DNA from: a candidate division WWE3 bacterium | GTDB taxonomy: Bacteria; Patescibacteriota; WWE3; UBA101185; UBA10185 | NCBI GenBank assembly: GCA_003564915.1 | Contig: PXDX01000118.1 | Span: 1 to 41,206 of the forward strand | Reading direction: 5' to 3' | DNA: 41,206 nt | Shown here: positions 1-6,482 of the stretch, piece by piece | Position numbering within the stretch: the stretch's first letter is position 1 | How the letters are laid out: each line of letters starts with the position of its first letter | Notes under the pieces: generated by a model | Told to the model about the DNA's origin: nothing | The model's database searches: none | Seen by the model: only the letters and a program-made list of their open reading frames with translations | Program-made: the position numbers and the translations under genes

Positions 1-80
1 ACATCGTATTTGTTTCGAGGGGTTAGGATTTTATATTTATCTAATTACTTATTACTTAGGAGTTGTTCCGCGGCTTTGTC

Positions 81-157
81 TGGTGCCAATGCCTGGGCTC
101 GAACCAGGGACCTGGCGCTTATGAAACGCCCGCTCTAACCGCCTGAGCTACGTTGGC
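81..157 (-). tRNA. tRNA with CAT anticodon, elongator type (Met, or Ile2 if lysidine-modified)
   Basis: The reverse complement GCCAACGTAGCTCAGGCGGTTAGAGCGGGCGTTTCATAAGCGCCAGGTCCCTGGTTCGAGCCCAGGCATTGGCACCA folds as a cloverleaf. The anticodon loop is TTCATAA. Positions 1-72 are paired, so it is not an initiator. CCA is encoded. Confidence 0.85.
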
Positions 158-242
158 TTGCTTCTCTTCCCCCTCCCAAGGCAAAAGAATTATACCAAGA
201 AAAGCTCTTAAAAATGTAAGGATGTTATGTTTAGATTGATTT

Positions 243-316
243 TGGTTGCGGGGCTCGGATTCGAACCGAGGCCTTCAGATTATGAGCCTGACGAGGTACC
301 ACTCCTCCACCCCGCG
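243..316 (-). tRNA. Initiator tRNA-fMet (CAT)
   Basis: The reverse complement CGCGGGGTGGAGGAGTGGTACCTCGTCAGGCTCATAATCTGAAGGCCTCGGTTCGAATCCGAGCCCCGCAACCA closely resembles E. coli tRNA-fMet. It has the C1xA72 mismatch, the A11:T24 pair and anticodon CAT. CCA is encoded. Confidence 0.85.
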
Positions 317-354
317 TCAAACTTTGATAATGGTAACAAATAGTCCTATCTCTG

Positions 355-750
355 TCAAAAGAGAAGCTCTTTCCATTGCTCTATGGGAGGCGTATCTTTT
401 GTGTCGACGAGAGAACTCCTTGTTTTCAGATCCAATTCGGTAGACTCATTTTCAAGAACCTCTTCTTCTTTTGTGGCGAGATCTTCAGGGAAGATATAGA
501 TTTCTTCTCCAGGCCTCACCAGGTTCAGTTCGTTCCTAGCGGCTTCTTCAATATAATCATCGGTCTCTTTGTACTCTATACTTGTCTCAAGCTCTTCCTT
601 TTTGTTTTTCAGTGATAATACTTCCTGATCGGTTTGTTCCAATCTTTTGCTGCTCTCAAGAATACCTTTAGTTGTTCTGATGGCGTTGATTGACCCCAGA
701 GTGAAGAAAATAGCAAGAATTATATATTTTAGTTGGGCAGGAATGTGCAT
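355..750 (-). CDS. Septum formation initiator (FtsB/DivIC family) cell division protein
   Basis: Short N-terminus, one TM helix (YIILAIFFTLGSINAI), then a coiled coil and the ARNELNLVRPGEEIYIF motif typical of DivIC/FtsB. I chose the ATG at 750 (MHIPAQ...) over the GTG at 831 because a TACAAT box lies 7 nt upstream of it. Confidence 0.7.
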   Translation of the reverse strand: MHIPAQLKYIILAIFFTLGSINAIRTTKGILESSKRLEQTDQEVLSLKNKKEELETSIEYKETDDYIEEAARNELNLVRPGEEIYIFPEDLATKEEEVLENESTELDLKTRSSLVDTKDTPPIEQWKELLF

Positions 751-757
751 TGAGGGT

Positions 758-763
758 ATTGTA
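758..763 (-). promoter_or_regulatory. -10 box TACAAT, 7 nt upstream of the divIC-like ATG, with TTGATG 17 nt further upstream
   Basis: The minus strand reads TTGATG-17 nt-TACAAT-accctca-ATG. Confidence 0.4.
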
Positions 764-848
764 ATCAAAAAGTTGACGCACATCAACTCCCGTGATAGTC
801 TATAGGGTAGCTCTGCCCGGTATAAATTCACCTAGAATAATTAAGATT

Positions 849-1718
849 ATGAGTTTAAAAGAAGCAAGAGAAAAATTTTTAGAACACCTTGATGATATAG
901 GAAGGGCATCGTCTACACTGGTAGCTTATGGTAAAGATATTGAGCAGCTGACCGAATATATGACAAGGAGGGGAAAAAGTCTTCCGGAGGAAGTGACCTT
1001 AGAGGATTTGCAGAGCTTTATGGATCATTTTTCGGACAAGGGTTACACTAATAAGACCATTTCTCGTAAGACCAACTCGGCCAAGACATTCTTTTCTTAT
1101 TTGAAAGAGGAGGGGTATATCGAGGAGGACGTGTCCGAATATCTCAAACACCCCAAAGTAAAAAACACCGCACCAAGAATGTTGTCCAAGCTCGAATATA
1201 GGGCTTTAAGAGATGCGGCTCGCGATGACCCCCGGACGTATGCCCTGATAGAGCTTTTTCTTCAAGCAGGGCTTTCCATATCCGAGGTGTCGGGATTGGA
1301 ATTAGACCACCTTCATTTGGAAGGAGATAATCCTTACGTCTATATACCTGCCAGAGGATCACGTATGGAGAGAACGGTTCCTTTGAACGAAGCGGCTGTC
1401 TCCGCAGTAAAACATTATCTTAAGGAAGAGAGACCGGACATTGAGAGTGATTACCTCTTTATAACGAGAACGGGGAATCCTCTGTTGGTAAGAAATATTC
1501 GCTCTACGATTAACAGGTATTTTGAGAACGCCGGTGTGAAAGATGCCACTGTTAACGATCTTCGCCATACCTTTGTTGCACAAAACCTAAAGAATGGAGC
1601 CAGCATAGCCTTTATCTCTAAGGTTGTTGGTCATAAACGCGTATCGACCACTGAAAGGTATCTGCAATACATTGATCTGGATGAGCCCGGACAAAAGACC
1701 GAGCTAGCAGTTTTATAA
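849..1718 (+). CDS. Tyrosine recombinase, XerC/XerD-like
   Basis: N-terminal SAM-like core-binding domain (STLVAYGKDIEQLTEYM). The catalytic domain carries ERTVPL (Arg), LRHTFV (HxxR), GH and the terminal RY (STTERYLQ). I chose the ATG at 849 (MSLKEAREKF). Confidence 0.8.
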   Translation: MSLKEAREKFLEHLDDIGRASSTLVAYGKDIEQLTEYMTRRGKSLPEEVTLEDLQSFMDHFSDKGYTNKTISRKTNSAKTFFSYLKEEGYIEEDVSEYLKHPKVKNTAPRMLSKLEYRALRDAARDDPRTYALIELFLQAGLSISEVSGLELDHLHLEGDNPYVYIPARGSRMERTVPLNEAAVSAVKHYLKEERPDIESDYLFITRTGNPLLVRNIRSTINRYFENAGVKDATVNDLRHTFVAQNLKNGASIAFISKVVGHKRVSTTERYLQYIDLDEPGQKTELAVL

Positions 1719-1719
1719 G

Positions 1720-2196
1720 TTAACTAATTGATTTTTCTTCAACAATTTTCTTTACGCCTTGGAGGATAGTTTCTTTTGTATGATTTGTGGGTTCTCCGCT
1801 GAACATATTATAGGCCTCGCCCTCAACTCCTCCCGGTATCGTTACTATAACCGGAACAACCAGTCTCCCGCCAATTTTGGAGCTACCTATAGCATCGGAC
1901 ATTCTCAATTTTTCTTCACTATTCATTATCTCTTTAATCTTAATTTCCTCAGCATATCTGTCCGTTTTTACTTGCAGCAATAAAAGTAGATAATTTTTTT
2001 TGTGAGGCTCAACTATGATATCAACTCCTCCGGCATCTTCGCTTTCGGATGCTTGAGAGACGCGGCCGAAGTTCTCGTCTTTCAGAGATTTGATCACTGC
2101 CACTTCTCCTAAAGCTCCAGACAATCTATTAGATTCTACGTAGGGAATTTTCTCTCCTCTTAGAGCTCCGCCAACAAGATCACCTTGTAAAGACAT
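1720..2196 (-). CDS. Hypothetical protein with Mrr-cat-like PD-(D/E)xK nuclease signature
   Basis: 158 aa. The segment EDAGGVDIIVEP...LLLLQVKT resembles the Mrr/restriction-endonuclease core (GDGGxD ... QxK). It is convergent with the Xer gene, and only 1 nt separates the two stop codons. Confidence 0.4.
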   Translation of the reverse strand: MSLQGDLVGGALRGEKIPYVESNRLSGALGEVAVIKSLKDENFGRVSQASESEDAGGVDIIVEPHKKNYLLLLLQVKTDRYAEEIKIKEIMNSEEKLRMSDAIGSSKIGGRLVVPVIVTIPGGVEGEAYNMFSGEPTNHTKETILQGVKKIVEEKSIS

Positions 2197-2202
2197 GAGA
2201 AT

Positions 2203-2211
2203 ATGATAACA
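2203..2211 (-). promoter_or_regulatory. Extended -10 TGtTATCAT, 6 nt upstream of the ATG at 2196
   Basis: The minus strand reads TGTTATCAT-attctc-ATG. Confidence 0.35.
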
Positions 2212-2291
2212 CCCATTACCGATTGGTTCTAGAATTTCTGCAGAATTTTTCAGATAAGGGATGATGTTATTAGAGGCTCTCTATTTTAGGA

Positions 2292-2368
2292 TGGTGGACC
2301 GTGGGGGACTCGAACCCCCGACCTCTACAATGCGAATGTAGTGCTCTAGCCATCTGAGCTAACGGCCC
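2292..2368 (-). tRNA. tRNA-Ala (CGC)
   Basis: The reverse complement is GGGCCGTTAGCTCAGATGGCTAGAGCACTACATTCGCATTGTAGAGGTCGGGGGTTCGAGTCCCCCACGGTCCACCA. It has the G3:U70 pair and anticodon loop TTCGCAT. CCA is encoded. Confidence 0.9.
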
Positions 2369-2433
2369 CCGCTTTAGGCAGTCAAATACCACGATGGACA
2401 TCAAGTCAACACCATAAATATTTATGGACTTTC

Positions 2434-2509
2434 TGGCGCGCCCGGAGGGACTCGAACCCCCGACCTCAGCGTCCGCAACGCTGCGTTCTATCCACTGAAC
2501 TACGGGCGC
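2434..2509 (-). tRNA. tRNA-Arg (GCG)
   Basis: The reverse complement is GCGCCCGTAGTTCAGTGGATAGAACGCAGCGTTGCGGACGCTGAGGTCGGGGGTTCGAGTCCCTCCGGGCGCGCCA. The anticodon loop is TTGCGGA. CCA is encoded. Confidence 0.85.
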
Positions 2510-2610
2510 ACAAAAGGATATCGTAACTATTGGCAGCGCCATTATACAAGAAATATGCTGTCGAGTTGAGAACTTGGGTAGGAAGAGGATACAAAAGCCC
2601 GCAGGAAATT

Positions 2611-3195
2611 TTAAAGGTCCAGCTTGTCTATCGCTTTCCTTAGTGTTTTATCGAAAGGATTCTCAGGTGGACTTTCTAGATAAGAAAGATATTTTGAACA
2701 GATATCTTTTACTTTCTCTTTATCTCCTTCATTCAATGTTAGAAACAGTCTTGCCGGCAGCTCGTTTCCTTCAACGTTTACATTTAATATTGTGAATTCC
2801 CCCTCTTCTGTAAAGAAGAATTCCCCAAGCTGGTTCCAGTAATAGAATTTTCCCAAATACTTTATTCCATGCGTGGAAAGCTCATAGGAACCTGATTCCG
2901 GCGGAGTATTGGCCAAAATATATGCTATGAAAGCAATACTTGCGACTACAAGAATGATCATGAATTCCCCTATGACAAGAAGGAAGATTCCCAGAACGCC
3001 CGCTACTATCAAAATGTTCTTGGTCAGCTTTCCGCCGAATGATTTTATCTCTGATCGTGTAGGAGCTTCCCAGGAGTGTAGAAGCTCTCTCTCACCCTGA
3101 GTTTTTGGGTCAAAAGAATGATCTCTAGGAGGTTCGGGTTGTTTAGAACCGATACTCGTTATACCTAAGGAATCTGTAATATCAGATATCTGCAT
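2611..3195 (-). CDS. Hypothetical membrane protein (two TM helices followed by a possible bacterial PH-like domain)
   Basis: 194 aa. A hydrophobic hairpin (ILIVAGVLGIFLLVIGEFMIILVVASIAFIAYIL) is followed by a small soluble domain. The start is ATG, with a TAAAAT box 9 nt upstream. Confidence 0.55.
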   Translation of the reverse strand: MQISDITDSLGITSIGSKQPEPPRDHSFDPKTQGERELLHSWEAPTRSEIKSFGGKLTKNILIVAGVLGIFLLVIGEFMIILVVASIAFIAYILANTPPESGSYELSTHGIKYLGKFYYWNQLGEFFFTEEGEFTILNVNVEGNELPARLFLTLNEGDKEKVKDICSKYLSYLESPPENPFDKTLRKAIDKLDL

Positions 3196-3289
3196 ATTGA
3201 AACTATTTTAGAACAGATATTGAGGTTTGTCGAGATTAAAGATTAGCAGTTTATATAGCAGAAGCTGCGGTTTGATTTTAAGGTTTGAA

Positions 3290-3378
3290 TGGCGGAGGGT
3301 GCGGGATTCGAACCCACGCACCGCTTTTAGACGGTGACGGCTTAGCAAGCCGCTGCATTACCACTCTGCCAACCCTCC
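3290..3378 (-). tRNA. tRNA-Ser (GCT), long variable arm
   Basis: The reverse complement is GGAGGGTTGGCAGAGTGGTAATGCAGCGGCTTGCTAAGCCGTCACCGTCTAAAAGCGGTGCGTGGGTTCGAATCCCGCACCCTCCGCCA. It is a type II tRNA with anticodon loop TTGCTAA. Confidence 0.9.
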
Positions 3379-3579
3379 GTAATTAGATGATAATTGTTGT
3401 AGCAGGAGTTATTTTAACATGAGTAAGGCTTTTGATGTTTATTGTGAGAAATAACTTTTGAGAGCATGTTCTTAAGCAGCTTTGTTGTTATGTGAGACTT
3501 TTTCTGGGGTTCAAAAAAGTCGCGTTAGCACGGCCCTATCTTAAGTACCCATTATTACCTTTTGCCTTGAAAAAGCCTC

Positions 3580-3969
3580 TGGTGGAGATGAGGGGAATCG
3601 AACCCCTGTCTTGAAAGACCAAATATGAGAGTTTACAAGCGTAGTTAAAGTATTTCTCGGAAGGAAAGTGCCTTAACAGACTTTTAGTACCTTCCCAGGT
3701 AAGATTTTTGAGCTTTTGCCCTTGGCTTTTGATTTTACCAGTTCCAAAAACCTCATTCCGGCTTTATTGGATTCTCTACGGACCTCCGGACAGATCCATA
3801 GGAACCTGACTTAAACAGTTTTACTGATTTTAAGCCATTGCGCCTGCTAATGCAGGAGCTTCTGCCATTTCATAATCGGCAAGTGTTTATTTGCTGTGTT
3901 TTACAAGCAACAGCAGCTTGGCTTGCACCCATATTTTTAAAGTACATTCAATCAAATCCTGTCATCCCC
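3580..3969 (-). ncRNA. ssrA: tmRNA (SsrA), one-piece
   Basis: The 5' end GGGGATGAC pairs with the 3' end CATCTCCACCA and includes G3:U70. The T-arm is GGGGTTCGATTCCCC. An internal alanine-rich tag frame is GCC GAT TAT GAA ATG GCA GAA GCT CCT GCA TTA GCA GGC GCA ATG GCT TAA (3830-3880). It sits 21 nt downstream of smpB. Confidence 0.85.
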
Positions 3970-3990
3970 GGAGAAGCCTATATACGATAC

Positions 3991-4446
3991 TCATCTTATC
4001 CCCAGATCTTTGCGCCGTTGTCTAAGATCTTTCTCAATCTGACGTTTTTTAGCAACCTGCTTCTTCTCATGTTTCTTACGCCCTCTTACTACGGCTATTT
4101 CTAATTTTATCAAATTATTGCGCAGAACTAAAGCTATGGGCACAGCTGTCTTACCCTTTTCGTCGATCTGCTTTATTATTTCTTCGATTTCTTTCCTGCT
4201 AAGCAGAATTTTTCTTTTCCTTTTTTCATCGATTTCACTCGCTCTCTGTGATCTTTTGGAATAGAGGCCGATATGCAAATTCACAACGTAAAGCTCCCCA
4301 TCCTCAGATTTGATATAGGCTCCTTCAAAGCTGACTTTTTTTTCACGTATGGCTTTAACTTCATAGCCTTTAAGCACTATTCCGGCGACGTATTTTTCTA
4401 TGATCTCATAATTGTGAAGAGCCTTACGATTCTTTACCAATAGCAT
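3991..4446 (-). CDS. smpB: SsrA-binding protein SmpB
   Basis: Contains NRKALHNYEIIEKYVAGIVLKGYEVKAIR, then a basic C-terminal tail. I preferred the ATG at 4446 over the GTG at 4452 because TGcTAGAAT lies 6 nt upstream of the ATG. Confidence 0.9.
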   Translation of the reverse strand: MLLVKNRKALHNYEIIEKYVAGIVLKGYEVKAIREKKVSFEGAYIKSEDGELYVVNLHIGLYSKRSQRASEIDEKRKRKILLSRKEIEEIIKQIDEKGKTAVPIALVLRNNLIKLEIAVVRGRKKHEKKQVAKKRQIEKDLRQRRKDLGIR

Positions 4447-4452
4447 GGGCAC

Positions 4453-4461
4453 ATTCTAGCA
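4453..4461 (-). promoter_or_regulatory. Extended -10 TGcTAGAAT, 6 nt upstream of the smpB ATG
   Basis: The minus strand reads TGCTAGAAT-gtgccc-ATG. Confidence 0.5.
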
Positions 4462-4504
4462 GGGAAAGCCTTGGATTCAAAAGCTTTTAATACCTTAAAT
4501 ATCT

Positions 4505-5944
4505 TTAAAGCTTTGGGAAAAGAGGCTCCTCAGATCTTATACGGTCTTTAAAGAATTGTTCTTGGATCCTTCGGCTGGTTGAAGGGATAAAAGGCTCCAA
4601 AATAAGGCTTATTTTTCTGATCTGATATACTTCCTTGCTCAAAACGTTTTTTAATTCCTCTTGATCTTCTATGGCCCAAGGCTCATTTTCATTAATATGT
4701 TTGTCCAGATCAGTCAACATTCTCCAGATGTTTTGTAAGGCAAGATCCACTCTGAATTTGCTTATTGGAGCGGACCAGGGAGCTTGCCAAACAAACTCCT
4801 TCTCTTGCGGCTCAAAACTCAAGCCGGACCTTTCGGCCATCTTTGCTATTCTGGCAACGGTATTCCCTAACCCATTAGCCAAATCAGCGTTATAGACTTC
4901 TTCCAGATGTTTAATGGAAATATCTACATCCTCGGTGATAGGGCCGTGTTTAAGGAAATAATATCTTACGGCATCGACTCCGTATTTTTTGACCAGATCG
5001 CTTGGACGAATCACGTTTCCCAAGGATTTACTGATTTTCTTACCCTTTAGGTTAATGAATCCATGGGCATAGATAGTGTCGGGGAGAGGTAACTCCAGGC
5101 TCAAGAGCATTACCGGCCAAAGCAGGGCGTGGAAGCGTAATATATCTTTACCCACAAAATGGATGATCTTGGTTTTTTCATTCCACATATCCTTTTGTTT
5201 TGCCGCCGTATAATAATTTACCAGAGCATCGTACCAGACGTAGATGATCTGTTCTTCGTCAGAGGGGACGCTAATTCCCCACGGAACCTTATATTTAGGC
5301 CTGCTGACGGGAATGTCGTTTAAGCCCTGTTCCAAAAAAGCCAGCATTTCATTTTTCTTGTTTTCAGGGAGGATGAAGTCGTCCTTTTTTTCTATCAATT
5401 CTCTGAGAGCATTCTCATAGGCTGACCATCTTAGGAAGTAGTTTTCTTCCTTTAGTAGCCTTATCTGCTTGTTAGGGTGTTGGGGACATTTTTTATCTTC
5501 ATCTAGATCTGACAGGGTCTTGTACTCTTCACAGCCCTCGCAGTAAAAGCCCTCGTATTCCGCTTTATATATGTCTCCTCTCTCCAAAGCCTTTTCGAAT
5601 AGGTTAGAGGCAGTTTTTACATGATCAGGATCAGTAGTTCTGATAAACCTGTCATAGGAGATATTCAAGGCATCTATCTCTTTACGATCCAAACTCGATA
5701 TCTTTCTGGTGTATTCCTCCACTGACATATTTTCTTCTTTGGCCGCAAGGTAGTTAGTAGTTCCATGCTCATCCGTTCCCGTTAGAAAATAGACGTTTTC
5801 TTTACCGTATATTTTCCTGTAGTAACGGGCTACGGAGTCGGCAAGAATCTTTTCATACGCATGTCCTATATGAATTACGTCATTTGCGTAATCAATTGCA
5901 GTTGTGATCAATATCTTTTCCTTCTCTTTATCGTTTTTTAGCAT
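4505..5944 (-). CDS. metG: Methionine--tRNA ligase
   Basis: Class I HIGH motif (VIHIGHAY), KMSKS motif (KISKSLGN) and a Cys knuckle (CEGCEEY...CPQHP). Confidence 0.9.
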   Translation of the reverse strand: MLKNDKEKEKILITTAIDYANDVIHIGHAYEKILADSVARYYRKIYGKENVYFLTGTDEHGTTNYLAAKEENMSVEEYTRKISSLDRKEIDALNISYDRFIRTTDPDHVKTASNLFEKALERGDIYKAEYEGFYCEGCEEYKTLSDLDEDKKCPQHPNKQIRLLKEENYFLRWSAYENALRELIEKKDDFILPENKKNEMLAFLEQGLNDIPVSRPKYKVPWGISVPSDEEQIIYVWYDALVNYYTAAKQKDMWNEKTKIIHFVGKDILRFHALLWPVMLLSLELPLPDTIYAHGFINLKGKKISKSLGNVIRPSDLVKKYGVDAVRYYFLKHGPITEDVDISIKHLEEVYNADLANGLGNTVARIAKMAERSGLSFEPQEKEFVWQAPWSAPISKFRVDLALQNIWRMLTDLDKHINENEPWAIEDQEELKNVLSKEVYQIRKISLILEPFIPSTSRRIQEQFFKDRIRSEEPLFPKL

Positions 5945-5953
5945 AGTAAAGCT

Positions 5954-5962
5954 ATTTTAGCA
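5954..5962 (-). promoter_or_regulatory. Extended -10 TGcTAAAAT, 9 nt upstream of the metG ATG
   Basis: The minus strand reads TGCTAAAAT-agctttact-ATG. Confidence 0.45.
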
Positions 5963-5967
5963 TAGTT

Positions 5968-6414
5968 TTATTCTTGTGTTTCTGGAGATACGGTTTTTTC
6001 TTTGAGTGTGCCGCCGTTTAACTCTATGACGTATCTCGCAGGAATTTTGTTCACATAGTTCGGGCATTTTTGCGGGTTAGTTTCAAAACATGGAGGGACG
6101 TTTAGCTCTTTATGCACTATGTCCCAATCACTGTCCAGCCAAATTATATCCAGAGGGATTAAAGTTTTGTACATCCAGAAGGAATGGAAGCCCTCTTTCT
6201 CGTATATAAAAACCATTCCTCTATCTTTGGGTAAATAATCTACTCCCATTAATCCTTTCGCTTTTTCTTGTGGGGTTTCAGCTACTTCCAGCCTATACCA
6301 ATTCCCTTCAACTTCTATATCCATATACCTCTTGGGTTTAGAAAGAAAAATATTCACAATTAATCCTATGATCAGCGCTGTTACTATAAGGGCTATCTTT
6401 TGATATTTATGCAT
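5968..6414 (-). CDS. DUF192 family protein with N-terminal membrane anchor
   Basis: Contains GLMG...GMVF...WMYKTLIPLDIIWLD...ARYVIELNGG, the typical DUF192 pattern. Confidence 0.7.
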   Translation of the reverse strand: MHKYQKIALIVTALIIGLIVNIFLSKPKRYMDIEVEGNWYRLEVAETPQEKAKGLMGVDYLPKDRGMVFIYEKEGFHSFWMYKTLIPLDIIWLDSDWDIVHKELNVPPCFETNPQKCPNYVNKIPARYVIELNGGTLKEKTVSPETQE

Positions 6415-6421
6415 GGTTTTT

Positions 6422-6430
6422 AGTTTAACA
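6422..6430 (-). promoter_or_regulatory. Extended -10 TGtTAAACT, 7 nt upstream of the DUF192 ATG
   Basis: The minus strand reads TGTTAAACT-aaaaacc-ATG. Confidence 0.4.
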
Positions 6431-6469
6431 GATAAAATAATGAGAATTTTCGGACTTATTTCGTGTTAC

Positions 6470-6475
6470 TATAAT
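6470..6475 (+). promoter_or_regulatory. -10 box TATAAT, 7 nt upstream of the pcrA ATG
   Basis: TATAAT-ttagcat-ATG. Confidence 0.45.
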
Positions 6476-6482
6476 TTAGCAT

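Noticed and set aside
246-443. 65-aa plus-strand ORF
   Set aside because: It starts at TTG inside the initiator tRNA gene and runs antisense to the divIC-like gene, so I treat it as spurious.
317-2291. Integrated mobile element bounded by tRNA genes
   Set aside because: I could find no duplicated tRNA 3' segment or other direct repeats flanking the Xer/Mrr-like block. The recombinase looks XerC/D-like and divIC is housekeeping. I kept it only as a low-interest finding.
2412-2427. Perfect 16-nt palindrome CCATAAATATTTATGG between tRNA-Arg and tRNA-Ala
   Set aside because: It is a short AT-rich spacer hairpin between co-transcribed tRNAs and is most simply a processing or spacer structure. 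It does not recur elsewhere in the window.
2270-2542. 90-aa minus-strand ORF
   Set aside because: It is made entirely of the tRNA-Ala(CGC) and tRNA-Arg(GCG) genes and their spacer.
3838-4104. 88-aa plus-strand ORF
   Set aside because: It overlaps the tmRNA gene and is antisense to the smpB 3' end.
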